Of a stretch of DNA of 64,000 nt, positions 1 to 10,703 are shown piece after piece. Both the position numbers and the translations under genes were made by a program. Every line of letters starts with the position of its first letter. The first letter of the stretch is position 1. Source of the stretch: Kondoa subrosea (taxonomy: Eukaryota); contig BCIN01000011.1 in assembly GCA_039545335.1 (NCBI GenBank), forward strand, positions 124,001 to 188,000, written 5' to 3'. Below the pieces are notes generated by a model. It was given only the letters and a program-made list of their open reading frames with translations, made no database searches and was not told the DNA's origin.

Positions 1-612
1 TTTCGCACAAGGGTCCCACACTGAGGTCGAAGGGAAAGTTCTACAATGCGTGTTAGTACTGGGCGCAAGCTGGAAGCTGAGTCTTACCCCTAGCGAATGG
101 TATTAGTATATGTTGCATGAAGTATTGTAGAACTCACATGGTACAATATTGCCAATGACGCCCTTTGGCTGATACCTGATGAACGCTCGTCCATTGCCAT
201 AGATGTTCTCATCCGTATGGCGAACATCATCTGCTGTCCATTGTTCCAATTGTGATGACACATGCTGTAGATTCAACCGTCATTAGGGAGAGCATTGGTA
301 ACAGGAAGAGCTTACCTGAGCACGACCAGCAGGACCTAAGACCTCGATTAAATCCGAAGCCCCAAATCTGCAACTCACAATATGTCAGCTTTGTGACTTC
401 ACATGCAAGAACCATATGACCAACGGATGATTGCCAAAGTCAGCAGATAGAGCCTGTCTAATCTCCTCGCGATGCATCATCATCATCCCAGCGATTTTGG
501 CCAGCCTGTTCTTTCGCTCATCCAATGACGGGTTCTGATCCTGGAGGAAGGCCTTGCTCTGCTCTTCGAAGATCTCATTCAGCGCTTCTATTGCTTTAGC
601 ATCGTTCGACAT
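1..612 (-). CDS. Aldehyde dehydrogenase, coniferyl-aldehyde dehydrogenase (CalB)/ALDH3-like; 5' part only, runs off the window start
   Basis: Spliced reading: MSNDAKAIEAL...PSLDERKNRL...IRQALSADFGNHPFGASDLIEVLGPAGRAQ...[31 protein letters not shown], which contains the ALDH PWNFP motif. GT-AG introns at 137-90 and 87-41 flank a 2-nt exon. Confidence 0.9.
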
Positions 613-1174
613 ATTTGACTTGGTGCTGGTGCTGAAGAGTCAAGACGCAAGTACAGTAAGAGTGCATGAGAAAGGGTCTAGCGGTTTGCCGGATGTACAG
701 TAAGCGGTTCTCTTGACGCGGAGTCCATGTGGTTTGAAATAGTGCCGTGCTGACTGGCTGGAAGGGGACCAAGACTCATAGACGCGCCAATCTTGCCAAT
801 CGAAAATTCGCCAGGTTCTTGATATAGCTGCCATTCGTTCTCTTCCTCTGCTGCTGTGTCTCTGTTCTTCCACATCGTATACCAGAGTTGTGGTGTATGG
901 CTGTCTCCGGCGATGCTAAGTCAAATGGATGCAGTCTTCGGGCTATTGTTTCTCTTACACCTATTCTGCGAACAACTCTTCTTTCGCCTCTCTACGTGTT
1001 ACCAGTGGTTGCGCCGTTGATCTGCTCTTGGAGCCGTTTGTCAAACAAGTCCTGCGCAGTAGTCGTATCTCATGATGAAAGAGACAATTGTGTTACGTAA
1101 GCTTTTCTGTCAGATGATCTTATGATAATCTTAACGCCTCAATCTGCAGCCGAGGTGCGTCTTCAAAGCGGCCA

Positions 1175-2554
1175 ATGAGAGATGCACAGCCTCAAGTGTA
1201 TGTTAAACAGGGTCATACTACTCTGCTTCCTGTCATCAAAGCGGCTAACAATTTCACCTTACCTACTGGACCCTGGTCAGCCGAACGAATGAAGAAAGAA
1301 CTGCTTGAGTCTCCGGACGAAACCCTTGTCCCTTTCTTCCTCTCTCTACCTAAAGAGAATGAACCTCAACACCCTGTGGATTTCTTCTTCCACCTGTTCT
1401 CGCAGCCTTACAGGCTGATAATGTAGAAAACGAAAAGCGACCTTGTTGGGCTTTTGCGAGAGATAGCGAAGAGTCATTTGTTTGGGCTGTTGCTTTCGCG
1501 GACAGTCTGAACGAAACTACTGAAGCGGCCTTGTTTGAGCGTAACAAGCAGATGGATCGATTGATCAAGAAATGGATAGCTCAAGGTCAATTCGAAGTCG
1601 TTCTCAAAGGTAGGTTTGACGTTTGCTATTGTTACGAAGTGAATTCTAATGCCGCTCAGGGTTTCGGAATGAAAACTTCTTTGTGCCATTGCCTAAGGGA
1701 AAAGAAGACAGTCCGTCTGAAACTATGGGCTGATGTGTTCTCTTACTTTGATTGCCAGCCGGAATTGCTTTGGCCATTGACAGAGGAGCTGTTGGCCTGT
1801 TCAGCTTCTGGTCTCACGGGTCTCTGCTCACCGGTGAGCTGAAAATATAGATCTAGAGAAATAGACTATCTCATATCATGTTCAGGCTACTATATCGACA
1901 AGGAATCAGGCCAATATCGATTCTATGTGTCTCGAAGATCATTAACCAAGGCAACATATCCTGGTAAATTAGATTGCACAGCGGCCGGAGGAATTGCAGG
2001 TGGACATTCGCCTTACGATACTATCATCAAAGAGAGCGAGGAAGAAGCTTCTTTACCATCTAACTTCACCAAAGCGTTTATCAAAGAAGCTGGATCTTTA
2101 CAAGTCGTTCTCAGAGGAGACACCAAGACCGATGTAGTCATGTGGGTCTGAATCAGTCATGGCGTGGCATTTGTTATTGATCAGAGCTCTAGCTATCCAC
2201 TTCAATTGTATACTTACGATCTACAATTCCCAAACGATGGATTTATACCCAAGCCAGGGGACGAGGAAGTGAAAAGCTTTCATTGCTTTACAGTCAGCGA
2301 AGTGCTCGAAGCGCTACTAAACGGAGAATTCAAAACGTTCGTCTGTCCGCTAATTCAGCTCGTGCACGCGAGAGCTTGCTTTTTGTAAAGATCTTCTGGT
2401 TTAGTGATGGTCGACTTCTTTGTCAGACATGGATTACTTACGAGACAAGCGGATGCTCACTTCGATGATATCTGTCGAATCTTGTCCGTCTTTGCCTTTT
2501 GCTTACTGTGTATGGCTCTGCTAAGAAGAAACTGACAGAGGTCGCAGATTGTAG
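1175..2554 (+). pseudogene. Nudix hydrolase (YJR142W / thiamine-pyrophosphokinase-related family), copy 1, with one frameshift
   Basis: Contains RRSLTKATYPGKLDCTAAGGIAGGHSPYDTIIKESEEEASL (Nudix box) and YTYDLQFP..FIPKPGDEEV. Alignment with copy 2 shows a 1-nt deletion at about 1376-1379 (CCT GT- GGA TTT vs CCC ATT GGG TTC). Intron positions match copy 2. Confidence 0.7.
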
Positions 2555-3236
2555 AGATTTGAATGCATCGCGTCAGATGTACTGATAGAGAGTAGAGTCA
2601 TTGAAAATTAGAAATGAACCCGCTGTCAATAAGGCAGCTTAGGCGAGTAAGCAAACCTTTGACATTGCCATCTATTATTTATCTTCTCAAGTCGAAAACA
2701 AGCAGACTTTACTTTTGACTTTGTTACACCAGAACCGTGATCTACTGACTGTAGACCTCATACGGCACTTTCTATTATTATGCTCCTGATGACAGCACAG
2801 CGCATATCCACAGGCGATAGCTTGAGCGCGGAGCATGGCTTACATAAGATGTCACGTTAAGTGATTCGAATCATTGCTCTGCTTATTCGCTACAATTCTC
2901 TGCTTGAGAGCGACTCTCTGCTTCTTCCATATTTACCGGCGAGACTCCTCCAATTTGGCATTTTGCCGTGCATTGGCGATACGGCACAGCATTCCCTGTT
3001 CGGCTTATTGTCTCGTTCACGATCTTGCCTTGCTTAGCGTGTCGCGCTCCGACTCCTTTATTGCGAGCTGGTTGCCCGAAAAAGTGTAGCTGCTTTGTAT
3101 TTGCTATGAAAAAGGTTATCATCCTTCGTGAGTCAAGAGCAGAATGAATCGGATGATGTGTCAGACTCACAACCAGTGAAGCAGAGGTATGTCTGTCTGC
3201 CATCACGTCAGAGTGTCATTTTCACACCCAAGCTTC

Positions 3237-4596
3237 ATGCAGGGTCACTCGTCGCTTCTTCCTGTCATTGAATTGGCTAACAACTTTACCTTGCCTACTG
3301 GACCATGGTCAGCGGATCGAATGGACCGAGAGATGCTTGATTTACCGGTGGACAATCTTGTCCCCCTCTTCCTCTCCCTACCCAAGGAGAACGAAGCTCA
3401 ACAACCCATTGGGTTCCTGCTTCAGCCCGTCGTTCATGCCCTGCAAGTTGATAATGTAGAGGACAAAGAACGACCATGTTGGGTTCTTGCAAGAAATAGC
3501 AAGCAAGCACCTGTTTGGGCTGTCGGATTTGCCGAATGGTTAAATGGACCCACAGAGGTAGATCTATTGGAACGTAACAGGCAGATGGATAGGTTGATCA
3601 AGAAGTGGATAGAACAAGGCTGGTTCGCAGTAGTTCTCAAAGGTAGACCACTGCTATATCTGAGACATTAGCTGATTTTCTGCAAAGGCTTTCGCAACGA
3701 GAACACATTTGTCCGCATACCGGACAGTCTTGGTCATGATCGTCAGCTTTCATGCTTGTACATGGGCTCTACCCTAATCCATCATTGACTTAGAGATCGC
3801 TTTCGCGGTCGATAGAGCAGCAATGGGTCTGTTCGGAGTCAAGTCACTAGGCACTCATCTTACTGGTAAGCTAAGCTCATGCAGGAGTCTTCTTCTTCTG
3901 ATCGTTACTCAGGCTATTATATCGACAAGGATTCAGGCGAATATTGTATTTACGTTCCACGACGAGCACTCAGCAAGAAGACCTATCCTGGCAAGCTCGA
4001 TAACACTGTTTCCGGTGGAGTAGCTTGCGATGACTCTTCGTATGACACCATTGTCAGAGAAAGCGAAGAGGAAGCTTCCTTATCGCCTGAGTTTACCAAG
4101 TCTCTCATCAAAGCCGCCGCTCCATTGTCTATAGTGCGAAGAGGAGATTCAGTGACCAATATCGTGATGTAAGCTCTGCAGCGAAATCAAAGTACACAAT
4201 ACAACAAGCTGAGCGAGAGTAGATATCCTCTGGAAATCCATGTTTACGACTTGCAGTTTCCGGATGATGGCTCGATAGTTCCAAAGCCGAATGACGGCGA
4301 AGTTGAAACTTTCTATTGCTATACCGTGGATGAAGTAGTCCAAGCACTTCTCAACGGGGAATTCAAAGCGTAGGTTGTATCTCCTTCTCTTGAGAATTGT
4401 CTCTCATGTGGACTTTCGTGTAGCTCGTCTGGTTTGGTAATGGTCGACTTTCTCATCAGACATCAACTCTTTAGAAGCGAGTCAGATCCTCATCTCGATC
4501 GGATCTGTAAGATCCTGTCAGTCCTCATATCATCTGCAACCGGCTCAAAACTGATGAATATGCCCTAGTGGTCGCGAAATGTACTGCAAAGGCTAG
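3237..4596 (+). CDS. Nudix hydrolase (YJR142W-like), copy 2, intact; start codon uncertain
   Basis: RRALSKKTYPGKLDNTVSGGVACDDSSYDTIVRESEEEASL and YDLQFPDDGSIVPKPNDGEVETF. Frame stays open across the spliced exons. Confidence 0.85.
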
Positions 4597-4686
4597 ATTT
4601 GGTTGTAGTGGCACATCAAATGCGGGTTTGGACGAATTCTATGTACAAAACGACGAGCTTAAACTTAATCTAAATGCATACTCCCT

Positions 4687-5728
4687 CTACAAGCAAGCAG
4701 ATCCGTCTTGCGAAACTTCTCCAGTAAGGCATGATTCGACAACGCATTGACCAGCTTGGCAAGAGACTTCGGCGCTATGTTCAAAACCCATAAGCCAAAG
4801 ACCCCATCGAACGGAACGTGGATCAAGCTTACGCATCGGCAATGGAAGAGCAGTCAATCTCTTCAGGTCCGCAAGCGAAGAGTTCATCAGTTGAGAAAGT
4901 GATGGTGCGTTTAGGGATAGATCGCCGAGCTCGAGCTGATGGACCGGCAGGAGCTGCCACAGCAGGGCAAGAAGAAGAGTCGACTTGCTGAGTGTATTGG
5001 CCATCAACGTTTCCTGCTGGTCTGTACCTGCAGACGTAGACTGTGACACGGAGTTAGTCAGTGCACAGCGGAAGTGGAATAGTCAACAAACAGGTTGCGT
5101 AAAACTGAATGTTAGGGTTCTTGAAGATAGTTTGAGGAGGGCAGCTGGCTGCAGCACAAGTAACTTCGGTGGTAGCTGTTCCAATCATTCATAAGCGAAT
5201 GGGTAAGTATGCTATTGCATCCGCCAACCTTTCCATACAACCTAATCACAGCATCAGTGACTGCACTTGAGTAGAAACAACACGAACTCACCTGAGTGAA
5301 GTGACCAGTTTGAGGCTCATCTCCCGTAGCTGGACCAGTTGCGCAATAGTTCTTTGATTCCGCCATCCACGAATCCATAGCTGATTGAAAGTTTACGGGA
5401 GGAGCTGCTCCAGTCATCCCAGAAGCATAGAGATTCTCCCCATAGGCTCCATTAGGTGTGCTGTGTTCAAAAACGCATCTGTTGGCCCAATCTTGAGTAG
5501 ATTGTTGGAAAGCTGTGTCGGTAATAGCTGTAAGAGGAGCAGCTTTCCAGTCAGCTCTTGCTTTGTTGTGGCTTGGCACAAAATCTGATGCTGGTAGAGA
5601 TTGAGGGATACCAGTAGATTGGGCTGAAGCGTTGGCAACCAAGATCTATCTCGAGCGCATAAGATTTGTGCGCTAGCATTTGATTGAAGAATGCATACTG
5701 CTGCAGAAAGGATAGCGAAGGAAAGCAT
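4687..5728 (-). CDS. Secreted CAP/PR-1 (Pry-like) protein with a C-terminal Cys-rich CPL1-like module
   Basis: Signal peptide MLSFAILSAAILVANASA. CAP motifs HNKAR, YGENLY, GHFTQVVWK and YVCRYRPAGNV. Tail reads DCSSIADAAEVSCQAGQCVVESCLTGEVSQDGSACL*. Confidence 0.9.
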
Positions 5729-7004
5729 GTCTGTAAAGAATGGAATTGTTGAAAGAATGTGTTGGTCGGGTTGACGGAATGGAATGGGTCAGCTGAACGT
5801 GAAGGGTTTTGATTGGTGACCGTAGTATAAGAACAGAGGAGAATCTTGGAAGAAGTGAGAGGCAAAGAAAACAACATCCTAACGTTATTATCTTAGCAGC
5901 GAATTCGTTGAAAAGACACGCGACTTAAAGTTTCTTGGAAGTAGACAAAGAGCGAACTTGTATTGCATGGCAAGGGAGACCTTAAATCATCAGTATAGAT
6001 GTCGTAAGTGGGAAGTGGCCGATAGTAAGCATAGCGAAAGCAAATAATGTCAAAATCGCGACATATTGATAGGGTGAAAGAGAAAACACTAGCAGAAGCG
6101 TATTACAAGACATGTGTAGCACGAAGATGCCAGTACCGATCTTATAACACCGCACCAGACTAGCAGTAGCCTAAAAATGCAGAACTTTCTTCAACCGTGG
6201 AAGGACATCGGAAGACACACATTTTGCGCAGATCAATATTGAGTTGACTGCTCAGCATAAGCATAGACGAGACAAGTCGGATGCTACACGATCTGGCGAC
6301 ATCGCATGAGTGCGAAAATGGCCGAGCCCAATTGGGCAAATTGATGATACCAAGAAAGATAGACAGCAGATATCACCATACTCGAGAAGGAGAGGAGCTG
6401 GGACAGGATACGGAATGGGAAACGGTTGCTCGATTTTCGGTGGGTCAGTGAGTCAGCCCATGACATATCAAAAGCGTCCTGGAAAGGCACGCTGCGGCAC
6501 AGCTCTGAGATGGCTTCAAAGAAGCTTCATACAAGCATATGTAATCCTTAGCAAGGACAGGGACAAAAAGCAAGGGCTAGGCCTGGAACGTTGCTCGACA
6601 ACTGGTTGCAATTTCGACTGCTCGGGTGTTGCTCTCAAACTGCGAGCGAGGCAGATTACTCTTTCGCACCACCTCTGTACCTGTGTAAGCCAGCTGTCCT
6701 GCGCCGTATACGGTAAAAGCGAAGCCCTCGAACCTCGCCTCCTTGTGGTGCGGTTTTCGACGAAGCACCGTGTGATCGCTTCTACCGACTATCTTGCCTT
6801 GCCTGCACGAACCTCGCTACAAGACTAGAAGCTTAATTCTCTTGCTTCTTGCTTTTGACAGTCACTCTCATTCGTTTGGACCGATTCTGTACTTTGTTCG
6901 GCCTTCGTCAGAATTCCACTTCTATCCTTCACACACTCTCTCTTGCTCGACGCCTCATTCTCTACCTTAACAACATCCCCTCTCATCTCATTTGAACTGC
7001 CAAC

Positions 7005-8280
7005 ATGGATCTACGAGTAGGCGGCAAGTACCGCATTGGCAAAAAGATTGGTTCAGGCTCTTTTGGTAACTTCGCCTGGTAGAGTGTTGTAGACCACGTC
7101 TCATCTCGAATTCGCTGTAGGTGATATCTACCTTGGTGTCAACATCATTTCGGGCGAAGAAGTAGCCATCAAACTTGAATCGACTAAAGCCAAGCATCCT
7201 CAGCTCGAATACGAAGCTAAAGTATACAAGACTTTGGCAGGAGGTGTTGGCGTTCCTTTCGTTCGCTGGTTTGGTATCGAGTGTGACTACAATGCTATGG
7301 TCATTGATCTCCTTGGTCCTTCTTTGGAAGACTTGTTCAACTTTTGCTCAAGAAAGTTCAGTCTCAAGACCGTTCTTCTTCTTGCCGATCAATTGGTATG
7401 TCCTTCGATGATTCGCCGCGCTAGCTAACGCATGTGCTTCTAGATCTCAAGAATTGAATACATTCACTCTCGCAACTTCATTCACCGAGACATCAAACCT
7501 GACAATTTCTTGATGGGCATCGGAAAGCGTGGCAACCAAGTCAATGTCATCGATTTTGGTCTTGCTAAGAAGTACCGTGATCCCAAGACGCACCTTCACA
7601 TCCCTTACAGGGAGAACAAGAACTTGACTGGAACTGCTCGTTATACATCCATTAACACGCATTTGGGTGTCGGTACGTGCTGAATCACTTCCCGCAATGT
7701 GTCAATTGCTGACGAATGGTTTCAATGTGAACAGAACAATCTCGTCGTGATGACATGGAATCGCTCGGCTATGTGCTCATGTATTTCTTGCGTGGCTCTC
7801 TACCATGGCAAGGTCTCAAAGCTGCAACCAAGAAGCAGAAATACGATCGAATTATGGAAAAGAAGATGACTACGCCTACCGAATACTTGTGTCGCAGTTT
7901 CCCCAACGAATTCGCCATCTATTTAAACTATACTCGTTCGCTTCGTTTCGATGACAAACCCGATTATTCTTACCTACGCAAGATTTTCCGGGACTTGTTT
8001 GTCCGTGAAGGCTATCAATACGATTACGTGTTCGATTGGAGCATGCAGCAACGTACCGCCGCAACTTCTGGTTCGGCTGATGGTGGTGAAGGTCAAACTA
8101 GTGCATCAAGAGGGCCTCGCAAGGTTTTGCAAAATGAGCAAGCCGATGGCTCTGGCAGAGTGTGAGTGCGGATTCGGAAATAAGCTTCTAGCAACGCTTA
8201 TGTTGCTTTTGCGGCCTCACAGTACTCGCTCTCGTGCTCAGCCCGCTCAACGTCAAGCAACAGACCCAAACTACTACTAG
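7005..8280 (+). CDS. HRR25: Casein kinase I (Hrr25/Hhp1, CK1 delta/epsilon type)
   Basis: [70 protein letters not shown]; 5 exons with GT-AG introns. Confidence 0.97.
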
Positions 8281-9556
8281 ACTAATTCTTCTGTCCCTCT
8301 CCTTCTGATATCCCTCGTCTTAGCCTTATTTGGCTAGATAGGAAGCCAGTACGAGCGATCAAGAGTGGTAGAATCACAACAGCGGAGCAAGACAGGTGTC
8401 AAATCTTCTTCAGCCTTTCTGTTTCGACCCGAGTCAAACCATGGCCAGTGTCGATCGTCTAATCGCTTGTTTCTCTTCTTTTACTCTTCTTCTATCGGCT
8501 TGCAGCAAAGCAAGCCTTCACTATTCTATTCTCCGCTGCTTACAATTCTCCATGGCTACCCTTTTACGCCGGGAGAACTTTAAAAGTGGTCGGATCCTGT
8601 TTTCAAGATGGAACAACTCTTCCTCAAATGGCTCTTACGTCTCATTAAGAATTGTTCAACCATCCTTGCCGAATACCCATACTACTCGTGGCAAGTAACA
8701 ACCCAAATCAAGATCCCGATAGCACATCTCTATTCAGTGCTCGGCTTTACCCATGGCGTCTTTACAAACTTGAAAGATCACACAATCTTACATTCATCTC
8801 TTGCAGCTCCTTGTCCTCTCTTGGCCTATTCCAGACGATAGAGGAAGCTGCTAGATCTTTCAAGAAGGCTGCCCGCAACGCTCTTAGCTGCGATCAATTC
8901 TTCCGCTATTCTTCATCTCAAGCTCTTCAGCAAGGTCGTGTCCACTCTGTTCAATGAATGGCACAGCTATCGGACTCGAAATACTGCAAGCTGGCAAGTT
9001 GGAAAAAGCAATACGCAAGGAAGAACAAGTTTTCGCTCATCATGATCGGTTCGATATCACACGACGGTCGCCCTTCTTCTTTACTACTTTTATTACCTTG
9101 TTATATACTACTTAATCAAATCTCAAGATATACCCCTCGAACCGGTTGCAACTCACTCGACGAAATGGAAACTACAATACCTTTGAATCCAACCTCTGTT
9201 CTCTTCTGAAAATCGTTGCAACTCGATCTCTCATTTCAAAGGAGGGAGCATCGACAATCGAGAGATGATGCAGATTTGGCAAGATGAGATGGGACAAGGA
9301 AGGAAAGATGAAACGATTGACGGACAGAGTTAAGATTGCTGCTGCTGTTCTTAGGTAGGAGAGCTGGCAAGGGTCTACAAGAGATTCGACTTGGCTATCA
9401 GGCAAGCGATAGTGAAGAAGGAAAGACATCGGACTTTGGAAACAGCAGACAGCGTATTCAAATTTGGTATAATGGGGTATTGTAGGAAAAGTAGTCGAGT
9501 TTACATTAATTGCATCCGTCTTTGTCGTTCTTCGCAACCTTTTTCCGCTTGCGACC

Positions 9557-10659
9557 ATGTCGCTGGACGACTCGAATCGTTTCGAAGAACTGCCTGATGA
9601 GCCTGTTGGAGCCACTGGATCTGACAGTGATGAAGATGATTTCCATGAAGCAGCTGTTCGTCTCTGATTTATCCCAAGCTCCTCAGATCAGTAACAATGA
9701 CACACTTTCGCACAGGAAGATGAGATTGCTCAAGCTGAACTACTCAAGACAGAAGCTAACAGACATTACGCTGCTAAACGCTATGATGTAGCTATAGCAA
9801 CTTACAAAGAAGCTTTGGCTTACTTACCACCTCGACGTGAGAAACCTCGGTCAATACCAACAACTTCTGCAAGTGAGAAGGGTAAAGGAAGAGAAGATCT
9901 GAATGCTTTAGCAAACGATGAGGACGAGGGAATTGAAGCAAAAGTGGAACAAGTAGATACTATTATTACACAAGAGGAGGAAGAACCGGAAGATGAGCGA
10001 ATCAAAGTACTTCGAGCTGCTTTGTGGTGCAATATGGCTGCGGCGGAGATCAATAGAGTATGTACCTATTCTCTTAATCGATGCATTGAGTTTACGATTA
10101 TGCAGGAAAGGTGGAAAGAAGCTGTTGCTGCTTGTTCGGAAGGTAGGCGATATGATTGCTCGTCAGCTTTAGGTTGATATTGCAGTGGAATGGCTACAGC
10201 TCTACAAGATGATCCGAATTACGCCAAAGCGCTCCATCGAAGAGCTCAAGCAAATGAGAAACTTGATAGTTGGTCAAGTTTAGGTTCTGCGCTCGAAGGT
10301 GGGTGATCGGGTTGACTTCCAGCATAAAGCTGATAGGCCAAATTTCATGATCCTACAGACTGGAAAAAGCTGCAAACACTGGCACAGTCGGACAAAGCTC
10401 TCATGAATTCAGCAAAATTGGCAGAGAAGCGATTACCACCTCGTATTGACACTAAGCGAGAGCAAGAGACAAAGGAAATGATGGACAAGTTGAAAGGATT
10501 AGGCAACAGTCTTTTAGGTCAGACCCGGCCTTTTCATCTGACCCAAATGACTTAATCTACATTACAGGCAAATTCGGGCTATCGACTGACAACTTTCAGA
10601 TGACGCCAAACGGAGAAGGTGGCTACAGCATGAATTTCACTCAAAACCCAAAACGCTAA
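9557..10659 (+). CDS. Tetratricopeptide repeat protein 1 (TTC1)-like
   Basis: Acidic N-terminus, TPR helices (LWCNMAAAEINRERWKEAVAACSEALQDDPNYAKALHRRAQANEKL) and the characteristic C-terminus MMDKLKGLGNSLLGKFGLSTDNFQMTPNGEGGYSMNF. Confidence 0.88.
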
Positions 10660-10703
10660 AACACCCTCTTTTCATGCCCTATAAATACGAGATGACCGAC
10701 ACC

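Noticed and set aside
6310..6828. 172-aa ORF upstream of CK1
   Set aside because: It starts at a non-ATG codon, has no recognisable motifs and lies in the promoter region; likely spurious.
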